In this document: positions 11,052 to 24,575 of the stretch, piece after piece
Position numbering within the stretch: position 1 is the stretch's first letter
Layout of the letters: every line of letters begins with the position of its first letter
From: Ascoidea asiatica JCM 7603
Lineage: Eukaryota > Fungi > Ascomycota
DNA: 64,000 nt
Reading direction: 5' to 3'
Assembly: GCA_001600695.1 (NCBI GenBank)
Contig: BCKQ01000007.1
Location: 574,788-638,787, forward strand
Program-made: the position numbers and the translations under genes
Notes under the pieces: generated by a model
What the model was told of the DNA's origin: nothing
Seen by the model: the letters and a program-made list of their open reading frames with translations, nothing else
Database searches by the model: none

Positions 11052-14000
11052 ATGGCTATTGATAATAATCAAACTCTCATTCAAAATAATATTAATAATA
11101 AAGATAATAAAGACAATAAAGACAATAAAGATAATAAAGATAATAAAGATAATAAAGATAATAAAGATAATAAGGATAATAAGGATAATAATAAAAAGGA
11201 CGATAGTAGTCAAATTCAATTAAATATTGAAGAAAATTCAATAAGTAAATCTAGTTTGAAAAAAAACTCCAAATCAAATAATAACAATCATTCTAATGAA
11301 AGATCAAAAAAGCTATCTGATTCTAAAATAAATTCCAATTCCAATTCCAATTTAAATTCCAATTCCAATTTAATTTCAAATTCTAAAAAAAATATGAGTT
11401 CATTAGATTTTTCAAATTTACCTTCTTCTGTGACTGATTCAATTGCGAAAGTCATAAATAATAATTTATCTCATTCAAAATTAAATCAACAATCGAAATC
11501 AAAAATTACAAAACCAGATATATCTCGTTCTTTAATAGAAAATAATAAAATCAAATCTCTTAATAATCAACTTAACCAATCAAATAATCAATCAAACAAT
11601 CTTTCAATAAGTAATATAATTAATGATGATAATACTAATAAAAATCTTATAAATGATAATAATAATAATGATAAATTACAAAGTGATTCCAATAATTGCT
11701 CATTTAGTAAGAAAAGTTCAAAATCTTCAACCGGTAAAAGGAGATATCATAATAAATCAAGAAAAGGCTGTAATACTTGTAAAAGAAGAAGAGTGAAATG
11801 TGATGAAACTAAACCAATTTGTACAAAATGTGAACATATGGGTTTAGATTGTGCTTATTCAGCTTTAGCTTTAGGACTCTCTGATAATATCGATAGCAAT
11901 ACCAATAATAACATTGTGAATAATGATAACGGCCTCAATAATGCCAATAATAACTCAAACTTATCTAATAATAATAATAATAATAGTATTGGTAATGGTA
12001 CTAATGGTAGTAATATTAATAACAATAACAATATTAATAATTTGTTATCCAGTCTCACTTCTGGAAACAATACTCCTATCAATTTATTAAGCTTAATAAA
12101 TTCTTTAACTAGTAATTCAAACAACTCAAATGATTCAAATAATTCAAATTCTAATAATAATATTTTGAATACTAATTTAAACAACAATAATAATATGACT
12201 AGTAGCGCTATGAATACATTGAACTCAAACATAAATTCGAATATGGATAATATTGAAGGTATAATATCTTCTTTATCAAATCAATCTGCAAATCAAAATC
12301 AATCTCCAAACATTTTTGATATTTTAGGTAGTCTAGGAAATTTGGGTAATTTGGGTAATTTAAGTAATTTAGGTGCTTTAGCCAATTTAAATGGAGCAAA
12401 TGGTAATAAAAATATACTTTCAACTATTATTCAATCTTTATCTCAGCAAAATCAATCACCTCAACAGGAAAATCAATTACCTCAACAGCAAAATCGACAT
12501 CCTCTGTCTGAATCTAATCAACAGTTCAATATCAATAATAATATCAATAATAATAATAATACCCTCCCTGCAACTAATAGTAATTTATCTTCATTATTAT
12601 CTAAAATAAGTCCAGAAATGATTCAATTAGCTACCTCTCATTTATTCTCTGCCATGAATAGTGAAAACCAATCACATTCTCAATCTCAGAACTCGTTTCA
12701 ACTAAAAAGAGAGCAACAACAACAACAAATACCTCAACCTTCTCCAAATCCTACAATAATAACTACCCAAAGTTCACCATCACCAGTTTTATCTCAAATG
12801 AGTAATATAAGTAATTTGAATAATTTAAGTACTTTAAGTAGTTTAACTAGTTTAAGTAGTATGAATAATAGGGGTACTTCCAGTAATTCAAAACTAAATA
12901 ATTCAATGAGTAATTCAAATAATTCAAGTATTCTTAATGGTGTGAACATAAATAATCAACATTTTAATCAAGCGAACCAAGCAAAACAATTATTGAATAC
13001 AATTACTCAAAATACAAATACCTCATTAAGTAATTATACAACAAACCGATCTTCAATCTCTCCATTAGCTATATCTCCAGAACCTCAATCCAGGACTCAT
13101 TCAATTTCTACAACTTTATCACCTCAACAAAGATCAGTTACCCCAAGTATTAATAATATAATTAATTCACCACAGGTTGGAAATGAAACCTTAAATAACC
13201 CAAAAAATTCAAATAATGTAAATAATACAAGTAATATAAATCCTTTACATCAAATTTTACAAGCGACAAATAATTTAGATAATAAGACAATCAATGGTAT
13301 TAGCGGATTATTGTCATTAGCACCTTTTGCTTCAATGTTTTTGCCATCAAAATCTAAAATTACTTCGAATAGTAACGCATCGCCTTCAATGATCAATAAT
13401 AATATAAATAATGATAATAATAATTCAAGTAATAGCGGAAATCAACTACCTTCAATTAATAATATTTCACCTTTAAATCAAATTAATCAATTGAATCAAT
13501 TAAATAATAATAGCAGTAATAACAATAATACTAATAATAATTCTACTCTGACACCAAATTTTTTGTTGCCACAGTCGACCACAAGGTCAAATTCAATGTC
13601 AACAATATCTGATAACTCTAGAAGAATTACAAGTGAAACTCATATACTACCAAAACCTGAAAACAATTCTATGAATATGAGTATTAGTGGGCAATTGAGT
13701 CAATATCAATTGCAAAATAATAAAAATGGTCGAAATAATAATTCAGTGTCTATTAATGATTTGAATAATTTTCATAATTTGAATAATTTGAATAATATGA
13801 GTAATTTAAATAATATAAGCAACAATATCAATAACATTAATCGAAGTATTAATAATACTAGTCAGAATAATAGTAATAAAAATACTATTAATTATAAAGT
13901 CAGCCCAAACAATAATAATGATGTTATTAATATGAGTAAAGATAACAATAAAAATGATAATACTAATGAGAATAATAGTTTTCAAAAAAATTCTAATGCT

Positions 14001-15200
14001 GAACAATCCAGAATTTCTAATAATCAAAGAGGTTTGGATAGCATGTCAGATTCTGGAGATGATACATCACAAAGATCGTATGTTGAAAATACTGATGAAA
14101 ATGAGATCTCAAATGGAACCAATAATAATGACAATAATAATGGTAATAGTAATAATAAGACTACTACAAGTAACAATAATAATAATAACACAAGTAATAA
14201 TAATAATAACAATAATAATAATAATACAAGTTATTTAAATATTCAAGATTTGAAGTTAATGTATCATTATACAACAAAGGTTTGGCCAACAATAACAGCA
14301 GCAGGAATTTCAGAAGAAAAATTATGGTCAGAATATATTCCTGAATTAGCATTTCAATACCCATTTTTAATGCATTCAATATTAGCATTTTCAGCTACGC
14401 ATTTATCACGCAGTGAAATTGGATTAGATGAATGTGTTACAAGACATAGAGGAGAAGCTTTAAGATTATTAAGAGAAGCAGTTTTAAAAATATCATTAGA
14501 TAATACTGATGCATTAGTTGCTAGTGCATTAATATTAATTATGGACGCGTTAGCAAATGCATCATTACCGACAGCAACATCACCAAAATCTTTACCAGCA
14601 TCAGCATGGATCTATCATGTTAAAGGAGCAGCAACTATATTAACAGCAGTTTGGCCATTGAATAAAAGTTCTAGATTTCATAAATTTATTTCAGTTGATT
14701 TATCAGATTTAGGAGATATCATAAATAATCCTCAAACATATGAAAACATTGAACAACCATATTCTAATTTAACATGTTTTGATGAAACTATATCAGATTT
14801 ATATCCCGTGGAATATACATCACCATATTTAATAACTTTGGCATATTTAGATAAATTACATAATGAAAGATATAAAAGTGATTTTATTTTAAGAGTTTTT
14901 GCCTTTCCTGCATTATTAGATAAAACATTTCTCTCATTATTAATGACTGGGGATATGCCTGCAATGAGAATTATGAGAAGTTATTATAGCTTACTAAGAG
15001 GATTTACATCTGAAATGAAAAATAAAGTATGGTTCTTAGAAGGTGTTAGTACTGTCTTACCAGAAGATGTAGAAGAATATAGTGGTGGAGGTGCAATGCA
15101 TATGATGTTGGATTTCTTAGGAGGTGGCCCTAGTATAACTACCAGTGTTTACAATGATGATAATATGAATCTTGATGACATGGATTTCATGAGTGCGTAA
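11052..15200 (+). CDS. UPC2: Zn(II)2Cys6 sterol-regulatory transcription factor (Upc2/Ecm22)
   Basis: [31 protein letters not shown] zinc cluster; C-terminal [16 protein letters not shown]...[18 protein letters not shown]...[15 protein letters not shown] domain typical of Upc2; long Asn-rich linker. Confidence 0.95.
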   Translation: MAIDNNQTLIQNNINNKDNKDNKDNKDNKDNKDNKDNKDNKDNKDNNKKDDSSQIQLNIEENSISKSSLKKNSKSNNNNHSNERSKKLSDSKINSNSNSNLNSNSNLISNSKKNMSSLDFSNLPSSVTDSIAKVINNNLSHSKLNQQSKSKITKPDISRSLIENNKIKSLNNQLNQSNNQSNNLSISNIINDDNTNKNLINDNNNNDKLQSDSNNCSFSKKSSKSSTGKRRYHNKSRKGCNTCKRRRVKCDETKPICTKCEHMGLDCAYSALALGLSDNIDSNTNNNIVNNDNGLNNANNNSNLSNNNNNNSIGNGTNGSNINNNNNINNLLSSLTSGNNTPINLLSLINSLTSNSNNSNDSNNSNSNNNILNTNLNNNNNMTSSAMNTLNSNINSNMDNIEGIISSLSNQSANQNQSPNIFDILGSLGNLGNLGNLSNLGALANLNGANGNKNILSTIIQSLSQQNQSPQQENQLPQQQNRHPLSESNQQFNINNNINNNNNTLPATNSNLSSLLSKISPEMIQLATSHLFSAMNSENQSHSQSQNSFQLKREQQQQQIPQPSPNPTIITTQSSPSPVLSQMSNISNLNNLSTLSSLTSLSSMNNRGTSSNSKLNNSMSNSNNSSILNGVNINNQHFNQANQAKQLLNTITQNTNTSLSNYTTNRSSISPLAISPEPQSRTHSISTTLSPQQRSVTPSINNIINSPQVGNETLNNPKNSNNVNNTSNINPLHQILQATNNLDNKTINGISGLLSLAPFASMFLPSKSKITSNSNASPSMINNNINNDNNNSSNSGNQLPSINNISPLNQINQLNQLNNNSSNNNNTNNNSTLTPNFLLPQSTTRSNSMSTISDNSRRITSETHILPKPENNSMNMSISGQLSQYQLQNNKNGRNNNSVSINDLNNFHNLNNLNNMSNLNNISNNINNINRSINNTSQNNSNKNTINYKVSPNNNNDVINMSKDNNKNDNTNENNSFQKNSNAEQSRISNNQRGLDSMSDSGDDTSQRSYVENTDENEISNGTNNNDNNNGNSNNKTTTSNNNNNNTSNNNNNNNNNNTSYLNIQDLKLMYHYTTKVWPTITAAGISEEKLWSEYIPELAFQYPFLMHSILAFSATHLSRSEIGLDECVTRHRGEALRLLREAVLKISLDNTDALVASALILIMDALANASLPTATSPKSLPASAWIYHVKGAATILTAVWPLNKSSRFHKFISVDLSDLGDIINNPQTYENIEQPYSNLTCFDETISDLYPVEYTSPYLITLAYLDKLHNERYKSDFILRVFAFPALLDKTFLSLLMTGDMPAMRIMRSYYSLLRGFTSEMKNKVWFLEGVSTVLPEDVEEYSGGGAMHMMLDFLGGGPSITTSVYNDDNMNLDDMDFMSA
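11097..11190 (+). repeat. 9-bp coding tandem repeat (AATAAAGAY-like) encoding (NKD)n in UPC2
   Basis: About ten NKD units visible in DNA and protein. Confidence 0.9.
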
Positions 15201-15482
15201 TAAATTACAATTTATAGATATAATTCAAGCACTTTTAATGTATAATGATTAAAAAACAAAAGATCTGGATTATTGCAAGATTCAGCTTCAAAAGGAGGTT
15301 TTTCTCCTAAGGATGGTTCAAAAGATGATTTAAAGGATACTTCAAATAGATAATTTCGCTCGGAAACCATTCGGAAGTGTTTCCGATAAACAAGCGGAAC
15401 CTGGGGTAAATATCGGACAACTTTATCCGTATCACGTTACCAGAACAAGACCAAACTTGTGGTACTTGTTTTTTTTTGATTT

Positions 15483-15491
15483 TTTCACATG
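15483..15491 (-). promoter_or_regulatory. UAS-INO/ICRE-like element upstream of PSD1
   Basis: CATGTGAAA on the minus strand matches the Ino2/Ino4 site and lies in the GC-rich island upstream of a phospholipid gene; a CACGTG is nearby (~15573). Confidence 0.45.
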
Positions 15492-16367
15492 CCAATTTAG
15501 CGGAAATAACGGATATTTACATCCGTGTTTATCCGAGCCGCTGACGAGTGCTTTCCTCTCCGGAAAGCTTCTCACGTGCGGAATTTGCTTTGTTTGGCTT
15601 TGCTTGTTTTGCTCCGACGCGTCGCTCCGAAGTTTTGCGAGTTCAACAAATTTTCACTGCCATTCAAAACTGAAAACTGCCTCGATTTTCTTCCCGTTTG
15701 ATTTGAACTAATTTAATTTGGTTTACTTTCGTCTTGTTTGGCCTGCAATTTTAGATTTAGCTTTGTATTGACAATTGTTTTAATATTTATTTGTTTATTT
15801 CTTTCTTCTTCATTTCTATTCCTATTCTTATTTCTGTATTTATTTATTATTCCTTTATTTTATACACTTTTTTTTTTTCTTTCAATCATCAATTTAACTG
15901 AATGATATCTCTCTTTTTATCTATTCCTTTAAATAATCAATTTCATCAATACCTTTCATTAATAAAATTCATCAAATTTATTTCATTATTGATTAAAAAA
16001 GTCGTCACCGATCAATTAAATCAATCGTCAATCAATCAATCAATCAATCAAATTGAGAGCTAAATAAATACAAATAGATAGATTGGATTTAAATAAAAAT
16101 TCATCAATTCAAAACAACATTCTAAATACTTTTATACATTTTCGTATTTATTCTTATTATATATTTTCTTATTCTCCTGATTCTTTTTTTTTCTTTTTTT
16201 TTCTCCAAAATTTTCATTAATAATTCATTAATGTATATTTATAATTTTTCATACACTTTCTTTGATTCAAAATAAATAAAAAAAAATAAAAAAATAGATT
16301 AATTAGAATTATATATTCTATTTATCTATTATTAACGATATAATATTACTAATAAACTTTTCAAACA

Positions 16368-18350
16368 ATGAATCAACTTAAAAATAAATTAACCTCGAAT
16401 ATTCAAAATTCAATATCAATCACCTCAATTTCATCTTCAATTCCGACTTCAATCCATTCTTCAGTTCCATTATCATCACCATTACCAATAAAATCTAAAA
16501 ATTTCAGAAAATTATCTTACAATTATTTAATCAATAAAAAAATTTCAATAAATTCAATTAAATCAATAAGAAAAAAAAAATTATCAATAAATTCAACTTA
16601 TAATAAAAATTATATTAATAAAAATTACATTAATGTTAAAAATTATTATAATTATATAAATTCAATAAATAAAACGAAATTATCAAATAAGTTATCAAAT
16701 AAGTTTTCAAATAAATTATCTTATAGATTATCAAATGGATTTTCAAATAAATTATCTTATAAATTTTCTTTACCAAATCAAAAATATTATTCAACTTATT
16801 CAAAATATGGTTATAATTTAAAACAACAAAATTTTATAAAATTTTGGACTTTAACTTCAATTACTTTAATTTTCTTAACTATGATTTATAGAATTCACTA
16901 TAAACAACAACAACAACAAAAGGATAATGATAAAGATAAAGATAAAGATGATGATAATGATAATAACTTAAATGATATCAAACCAACTGGAGATTCTTGG
17001 ACTTTTTTCTGTTATAAAACTTTACCATTAAATGCAATCTCAAGATTATGGGGTAAAGTTAATAGTATAAATTTACCAATTTTTTTAAGAGAACCAAGTT
17101 TTAGATTTTATTCTTTTTTATTCAATGTTAATTTAGATGAAATTAAAGAAAAAGATTTAAAAAATTTTAAAAATTTAAAAGAATTTTTTTATAGAGAATT
17201 AGATTTTAAAAATTTTAGAAATTTTGAAAAAAATTTTGATCTAATTTCTCCATGTGATGGAAAGATTTTGTCTTTTGGTTTAATTAATAATAATGGTGAT
17301 ATTGAACAAGTTAAAGGTTTAACTTATAATGTTAAAGTCTTTTTAGGTGAAGGAAACTTCAAAAATGTACCTGCTCCATCTTTAAAAAAAATTATTCAAT
17401 CTCCAATCAATAATAGTTTAATCAAAAATGGTAATAATATTAAGAGTGATTTCAACGAATTAAATGATGATGAAGAATTTGAAAATTTTAATCACATATC
17501 TTACACTTTAGATGATTTAATTCAACCTGATATCAATGAAAATATTCATCATATTTTAGATAAACCTGATTTTAAAAATGATGGTGATGCAACTCTTATT
17601 AAGCCAAATAAATCTTCAATAAATATTGTTAAAGATCAAAATATTAATAATTCATCTAATTTAAAAAAAAAATTATTTTATACCGTTATTTATTTAGCTC
17701 CTGGGGATTATCATAGATTTCATTCTCCAACAAATTGGGTTGTTAATTTACGTAGACATTTTATTGGAAACTTATATTCTGTTTCTCCATATTTTCAAAA
17801 AACTTTACAAAATTTATTTGTTTTAAATGAAAGAGTAAGTTTATTAGGTTATTGGAAATATGGTTTTTTTTCAATGACTCCAGTTGGTGCTACTAATGTT
17901 GGTAGTATAAAAATTAATTTTGATAAAGATTTAACAACAAATAGTAAATATGAAAATAATAATATTTACTATAATGCTGATAAAAAGGTTTCATTGTATA
18001 AACGTGATTCAGTTAATGATTCTACTTCTTCAATTAATTCAACTGAATCTCATGATTCAAAAGACTCCTCAAATGATGGTTTATCAATTTCAGTTAAACA
18101 TAAAAGAACCAAAGTAAAGAAAAATACTTGTTACGAAGCAACTTATGAAAATGCAAGTAGTCTCTTAAAAGGTTTTCCAGTTAAAAAAGGTGAACAAATG
18201 GGTGGTTTTGAATTAGGCAGTACAATTGTATTAGTGTTTGAAGCTCCAAGTAATTTCAAATTTAATGTTAAACAAAATCAAATTTTGAAAGTTGGTCAAG
18301 GTTTAGGTACAACTGATTCATCTTTGATTGATCCAAATTTACTTGATTGA
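16368..18350 (+). CDS. PSD1: Phosphatidylserine decarboxylase 1, mitochondrial
   Basis: TLPLNAISRLWG, SPCDG, YLAPGDYHRFHSP, VGATNVGSI and the autocleavage motif GGFELGST. Confidence 0.97.
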   Translation: MNQLKNKLTSNIQNSISITSISSSIPTSIHSSVPLSSPLPIKSKNFRKLSYNYLINKKISINSIKSIRKKKLSINSTYNKNYINKNYINVKNYYNYINSINKTKLSNKLSNKFSNKLSYRLSNGFSNKLSYKFSLPNQKYYSTYSKYGYNLKQQNFIKFWTLTSITLIFLTMIYRIHYKQQQQQKDNDKDKDKDDDNDNNLNDIKPTGDSWTFFCYKTLPLNAISRLWGKVNSINLPIFLREPSFRFYSFLFNVNLDEIKEKDLKNFKNLKEFFYRELDFKNFRNFEKNFDLISPCDGKILSFGLINNNGDIEQVKGLTYNVKVFLGEGNFKNVPAPSLKKIIQSPINNSLIKNGNNIKSDFNELNDDEEFENFNHISYTLDDLIQPDINENIHHILDKPDFKNDGDATLIKPNKSSINIVKDQNINNSSNLKKKLFYTVIYLAPGDYHRFHSPTNWVVNLRRHFIGNLYSVSPYFQKTLQNLFVLNERVSLLGYWKYGFFSMTPVGATNVGSIKINFDKDLTTNSKYENNNIYYNADKKVSLYKRDSVNDSTSSINSTESHDSKDSSNDGLSISVKHKRTKVKKNTCYEATYENASSLLKGFPVKKGEQMGGFELGSTIVLVFEAPSNFKFNVKQNQILKVGQGLGTTDSSLIDPNLLD

Positions 18351-18621
18351 ATTTATCCCTTTTTATCCATACATTTTTTTTGTATAATTTCACTCACTGC
18401 TTTTTATTCTATTTTTTTTTTTTCAACTTGCATTCATTCTATGCTGATTATGATAATGGAAATCATAGCTTTATTTTTGTTTTTGTTTTTGTTGTTTTCT
18501 TTCTTAAATATTCATTATGATAAAAAAAAATTTATTTACATACATATGCTTTAAAAGTTCATAGATATACAGTATATAAAATATATACAAAAGATTTTTG
18601 TTAGTATTAAAATTTCAAAAT

Positions 18622-20196
18622 TTAATTTTCTTCTTCAAATTCTGGCCACCAATCAGGAACAAACGCCTTCAAGTAAAGCTTTTGCTCCTTATTATCATCT
18701 TTAGATATACTTGATATGTAAAAATTCTTATTTACATCACTGAATTCTTCTAATTTAATCATAGCTAATCCAATATTACCTTTAACCGTTATCAATGTTC
18801 CTACGGGAGTTTTACGACGACGTCTGGGAACTTTTGAGGTACCAAATGGTGAAGAATTTATCACTTCTTTAGGATTTGAATCATGAAAGCCAGTAGATGA
18901 AGTGTTTGTATTTTTTTTCTCATTTAAAATAGTCTCCGATAATATTTCGGAATAAGGTAATAAAGAATTGTTGGACTCTGTTATCTGGCAAACAGAATCT
19001 TTTGGATTATAAATAAATGGATCTGAATTTCTAAGAACATTAGTATCTAAAGTTAGCATTACTGGAATAAGCCTTTTTCGGGTTATTCCTGTATGATAAG
19101 TTCTAACAGTCAATTCTTGACCAACATAACAACCTTTATTGAATGAAATTCCTTGCATCATATCAAGATTGCATTCTAAAGGTAATAATTGATTTGGTTT
19201 CAATTCTTGTGATGATTCCGGAATACCATTTAATATTCTTCTTATCGCTAGTGACTCATAAGAAATCTCATATTTTTGAATATTTGGAAACCATTTATTA
19301 TTCAAATATTTACTTATATTTTCTTTTGAGTTTGTTAAAAGTTTTATTCCAAAATTGGGAGATCTGTCATCAATAATCATACCTTTAAAACCAATTTGAT
19401 CAGAAGGAATGTCATTATGAAAAATCTCATTGTTCTTCAAAAACTCATTAAACTTTTTGGCAGATTCAATAGGTGAAGTTAACTTATCATTATTTACTAG
19501 AAATGAAGTTTTTAGTTTCTCTATATAATTCTTAAATAATTCGGAATCATTGTAAATATACCATGATGATATTTGATCTTCGTTTACTTCTTCGGAAGAC
19601 TGAGAGGGCAATTTTTTTAAAGTAATATTAGATGAAAGTTCATGAAAAGTTAGTAATTTGTATAATGATTTGGCTATTTGATCATCAACTTCAATGAAAT
19701 ATTTCGAATCTTGATTTTTGAATATATCTACTTTTGTTATATTTGTAAGATCAGGATATATAAAACAATCAGTTAAAACTCTTCCCCTGGAATTCAAGAA
19801 AAAAGAATAAGCCCCAATTCTTTTATAGCCCAAATCATTTTCAAATTCACTAAAAATATCTTCATTGATTATTCCCCAATTCTTTGAAGTATCAATATCC
19901 AATAATTCATTTGATTGTTCTTCGGCGTCTTTGTCAGTTATTGTTGTAACATTTTTCTTGATGAATTTAGGCAAGGTTCTTGCTGTCACAAGTCCATTTA
20001 AAAACTTTGAAGAATCTGGTCCAGAAACTTCGATTATAACCTTTTTCTCTGACAAATTACAAAATCCAATTCTAGGAGGAGCTGAAGGTAATGTTGATAA
20101 TGATCTAATTCTCTGAGTTACTAATCTAAATGATAATGATCTAACTGATGAGTTAGGCCATCTTACTGTTCGAAAGCAAGGAATCATTCTCAACAC
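18622..20196 (-). CDS. IBA57: Mitochondrial Fe-S assembly factor Iba57/Caf17 (YgfZ family)
   Basis: [10 protein letters not shown] signature, [27 protein letters not shown]-terminus, Arg-rich presequence. Confidence 0.95.
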   Translation of the reverse strand: MLRMIPCFRTVRWPNSSVRSLSFRLVTQRIRSLSTLPSAPPRIGFCNLSEKKVIIEVSGPDSSKFLNGLVTARTLPKFIKKNVTTITDKDAEEQSNELLDIDTSKNWGIINEDIFSEFENDLGYKRIGAYSFFLNSRGRVLTDCFIYPDLTNITKVDIFKNQDSKYFIEVDDQIAKSLYKLLTFHELSSNITLKKLPSQSSEEVNEDQISSWYIYNDSELFKNYIEKLKTSFLVNNDKLTSPIESAKKFNEFLKNNEIFHNDIPSDQIGFKGMIIDDRSPNFGIKLLTNSKENISKYLNNKWFPNIQKYEISYESLAIRRILNGIPESSQELKPNQLLPLECNLDMMQGISFNKGCYVGQELTVRTYHTGITRKRLIPVMLTLDTNVLRNSDPFIYNPKDSVCQITESNNSLLPYSEILSETILNEKKNTNTSSTGFHDSNPKEVINSSPFGTSKVPRRRRKTPVGTLITVKGNIGLAMIKLEEFSDVNKNFYISSISKDDNKEQKLYLKAFVPDWWPEFEEEN

Positions 20197-20927
20197 TATA
20201 TGAAACCTGTTCTTATTCAGCCTTTAATCTGATTTATATTTTTATCTTCAGTCTGGTTATATTATAGATAGATTAAATATTTTGGCTTTTAATGTTGTTA
20301 TAACCATCTACAGTATTACTATGAAGCAAAAAATATCCGTTTTCGCTTCGAGGACTGACCAATCTTTAACTTTTATCGGTTTCGACTACGGAAAATTTAG
20401 TAGTTTAAGAACTGTACGAAATAAAACCGAAAATAATCATTATTATAACAGAAATATGAAATGTTTTATTCTTTTCTAACTAATAAAGAGAGTAAATGAA
20501 AAAATAGAAAAACGTAAAGCCCAACCAAAAATGTAGTCAATCAATAAAATATATACTTAAAAGATAATTTAACTCAAAACGAAGAGATATGAAAAAAAAA
20601 ACTAAAAACATAAAAATAAAAACAAAGCCCAAGAAAATGTAAATATTTTTTAAAACAAAATCAAAATCAAAGTCAAAAGTGAAATTTGAAAGAGAAAAAT
20701 AAAAATTATCAAAAAAACAAATCGCAAAAAAGAACCTGAAAGTCCTGTTGAGGAAATTAAAATATAAAACAGGAAAAATGAAAGAAAGCGTAAATTTCGA
20801 AGGTATCTAAAAAAATAAAATGAATACAGTAATAGAAGAGTAATGAGTGTTGAAAAAATTTAAGTAATCAAAACAATGAGGTAATGATACAATTTAAAAA
20901 TAAGCTGAAAGTTTAAAAAAAAATACC

Positions 20928-21420
20928 TTATGTAGAATTCTGCTGCATTAAAGAAGATGCAATAGTCTGATTTAAAGGCTGATTCATATTTCCTGATGGA
21001 ATCATTTGAGATAAATCAGCTCCAAGATTTGAATTAAGATTTGCTGGTAAAACATTGTTAATTGAATTTGTCATTACACCAGATAATGTAGTCAAATTAC
21101 TCATATTTGAAATATTAGGCATTACCGAGATATTCGAAAGATTGTTCAGGAGATTATTTGAAAGATTAGAACCAGACCTTTGATGCATTCCATTAGGCAT
21201 TCCATTAGGCATTCCATTAGTTATTCCATTAGCCATTGAATTAGGAACTGCAGGCATTAAAATTGGAAACCTATTATTTGGATTTTGATTTTGGCGTTGT
21301 ATCTGCTGTTGAATCTGTTGCAATTGCTGCTGTTGCTGACGAGATTGAAGTTGCAGTTGAGGTTGAATAGAAGTCAATGTATTGCTGTTATTATTATTAT
21401 TATTGTTATTATTGTTATTA

Positions 21421-21458
<38 letters not shown>

Positions 21459-22764
21459 GTTATTATTATTATTCATATTATTGTTATTATTATTCATATT
21501 ATTGTTATTAGTATTGTTATTAGTATTAACATTATTGTTGTTATTATTTATATTATTGCTATTATTATTGTTATTACTATTATTGTTACTATTATTTTGC
21601 ATTGGTATATTAGAAATATTTGGATTAGTTAAAATAACTGAATTAGGTTGATTCAATTGATTAGCTATTTGATTAGATAATTGATTTTGATTTGAATTAT
21701 AATCAGTTGCAGCCATAATTTGAAAAAAAATTTCATGACCACCAATTGAATTGATTAAATTATCACAACTTTTATGATTTAGTAATAAGGATCTTAAAGT
21801 TAAAACTTGATCTTTTAGAACAGCAACTTCATTTTTCAAATTAGTATAACCATCTCTAAAAAAAATCAAATCTCTTTGAGTTTGAACCATTAATTGTTTT
21901 TTTCTCTGTCTACATTTTGAAGCAGCTAATCTGTTTCTTTCTAAAAAATTTTTACGTTTTTCCTCTTCTGATAAATTTGACGGTTCTTTCTTTTGACTTT
22001 TTTTATCTTTTTTTTGAGAATTAGAATCCATTTTAGATGAAGATGGAGAAGATTGATTATCATCCTGATTATCATCTTGATTAAAATTATCTTGTTCATT
22101 ATTATGATCATTATTTTGATCATCATCTTGTTCATTCTCTTTAGAACTGTTTTGTATATTATTTTGATCATTATTACCTAATTTTGAGTTTGAGTTTGAA
22201 TTTAATTTCGAATTCTTATTATTATTATTATTATTTAAATGTGGAGATGATTTATTTGAAGAGGAAAAAGTATAGTTTTTTGAATTATCATTTTTATTTT
22301 TGTTAGTATGAATAATATTTTCTTTACCAAATTCATTTTTAATATTTAATTTATTTGCACCATTACTATTGATTGAGTTTATACTACCATTAGATTTTAA
22401 TTTTTTATTTGTATTGATATTTTTCTTTATATTATTATTTATATTATTATTCATATTTTTATTATTAATATTTTTGTTTATATTTTTAGTAATATTTTTA
22501 GTAATATTTTTGGAATTATTTGAAATAGATAATTTTCTTCTTTTTGGAGAAGGATTACTTTTTAAAATTAAATCAGTTTGAGAAATATGATTAATTAGAG
22601 AATTTGAATCATTTAAATTATTACTTGATTTTGAATCAATTTTGTTATTGTTGTTGTTGTTGTTGTTATTATTATTATTATTATTGATATTAACTTCCTG
22701 AATTGGGTTTAAATTTTTAAACTTTGAATCTTTTTGAGATTGATTTTCCGAGATATTATTATTA

Positions 22765-22826
<62 letters not shown>

Positions 22827-24027
22827 GTTATCAGTGAGATCATTGTTGTCGTTATTATCATTATTTGAGGAGGTTATTGGATTAGTTAAGCCTAATAAAG
22901 AACTTATACCGGGAGTTAATAAATTTGAATTTAAATTTGTTAAAGGAGGTAAATTATTTAAGTTAAAAGAATTCAAAGAATTTAAAGAGTTTAAAGGATT
23001 ACCAAAAGTTATACCGGTTCTTATACCAGATTCATTTGGAGTTAGACCAGTTTTTTTTAGAAAAAGTCCAAAAGGATTACCTGGAGTTAAGTTATTTGAA
23101 TCAATATTATTTTCTATATCCGAGGTTAAATTTGTATTAGTATTAGTATTTGAATTTGAAGTTGCATTATTATTATTATTATTATTGTTATTTGAATTAT
23201 TAGGAGATTTTGAATTTTGTAGAAAATTCCAAGATAATGAACCTGGAGTAAAACCAGGTAATGAAGAAAAGCCTGGAGTTAGATTATTTGAGAATCCATT
23301 TAAAGAAGTAAAATTAGATAATCCAGAAAGAGCAGGAATACCGGGGATACCAGAAATTCCAGGAGAAGAAAGAGGAGGAGGTAATCTTCTTGAACCTCCT
23401 GGAGTTAATAATTCTACAGAGGAGGGTATTCCACCACTTAAAGATCTTTTATTTGAGTTTATAGAAGTATTTGTTGAACTAGTTGTAGGATTATTATTAT
23501 TGTTATTTAAACTTGATAAAGGTAATGGAGATTTGGAAGAATCACCAAAAGATTTCTCAAAGGGGTTTGGTTCATAATCTATTGATCTTTTCTTATCTAA
23601 AATATTTTGATTTGAGTGGTTTGAATGATTTGAATGACTTGAATGATTTTGACCATTAGATATTGAAGATATATTTATGCTTGAAGGCACTATTAATGAA
23701 AAATATAAATAAAATTTTAGTTAGTAAAATAAATTCATTTCATATAGTATAATAATCTAATATAATATAATATAATATAATATAATATAATATAATATAA
23801 TATAATATAATATAATATGAAATAATATGATATAATATAATATATAAAATATAAATATTATAAGTATATTTCATAAATATTATAAGTATAATATAAAGGA
23901 TATATCTAAATCTTAAATTATATAAATAATAAATTTGAGATGATAATATAAAAGATTATCATAAATTATGTTAAATGACATAATATGAGTTAATAAAGTG
24001 GTCATAAACTGATAATTTGTACTTACT
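20928..24027 (-). CDS. SKO1: ATF/CREB-type bZIP factor Sko1; two exons (24027 joined to 23689..20928)
   Basis: DYEPNPFEKSF, LTPGGSRRLPP, KTGLTPNESGIRTG and the bZIP KRKNFLERNRLAASKCRQRKK. The ORF-track start is GTG; an ATG forms only by splicing (A|TG). Confidence 0.9.
23690..24026 (-). other. Spliceosomal intron (337 nt) splitting the SKO1 start codon
   Basis: 5' splice site GTAAGT (24026-24021), branch point TACTAAC (23726-23720), 3' splice site TAG ending at 23690. Joining gives CAAA-A|TG-CCT-TCA in frame. Confidence 0.8.
23759..23842. repeat. (AATAT)n microsatellite inside the SKO1 intron
   Basis: About 12 perfect pentamers followed by degenerate copies. Confidence 0.9.
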
Positions 24028-24567
24028 TTTGAAGAGAAATAAGAAATATTGACAGCCAAAAGATTAAAATGGATTAAATATTTGAGAAAGAAGAAAGAAT
24101 AAAGAAGAATGATTTATAAATGATAAATGATAAATGATAAATGATTAGTGGTTTTATTTAATGGTTGAATATAAACACAAGAGATAAAGGATGAAGATAA
24201 AAACGAAACAATAAAATAGGAAAAGACGTTCTAGATATTTATACTTTCAACATATAATTCCTCCTGTTTTAGCTTCTTATTCTTCTATTTCTGCTTGGAT
24301 TCGTTTGATTGTTGGGATTGTTTCGATATTTATTTCAACTGGCAATAAAGATCAATTTGATGATTAATAAAGATATATTAATATTATCGAATAATATATA
24401 TAAAATAAAGTAATATAATAAAGTAATATAATAAAGTAATATAATATAGTAATATATAAAAAAGTAATAACAATACACTAACATACAATTATAATCGTAG
24501 TATTATCCAGTCCAGTCAGACCTGAAAACAAATGAGTGATGCGAGCGAGCTGGAGCTGCGTTGCGAG

Positions 24568-24575
24568 CGACGTCA
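24568..24575 (-). promoter_or_regulatory. CRE-like site upstream of SKO1
   Basis: TGACGTCG on the minus strand (1 mismatch to TGACGTCA) in a GC-rich island; a second TGACGCAA at 24694-24701. Confidence 0.4.

Noticed and set aside
21285-23577. Poly-Leu/poly-Ile ORFs and a 250-aa ORF antisense to SKO1, and similar ones within UPC2 and STE11
   Set aside because: By-products of (AAT)n tracts read in other frames or on the opposite strand.
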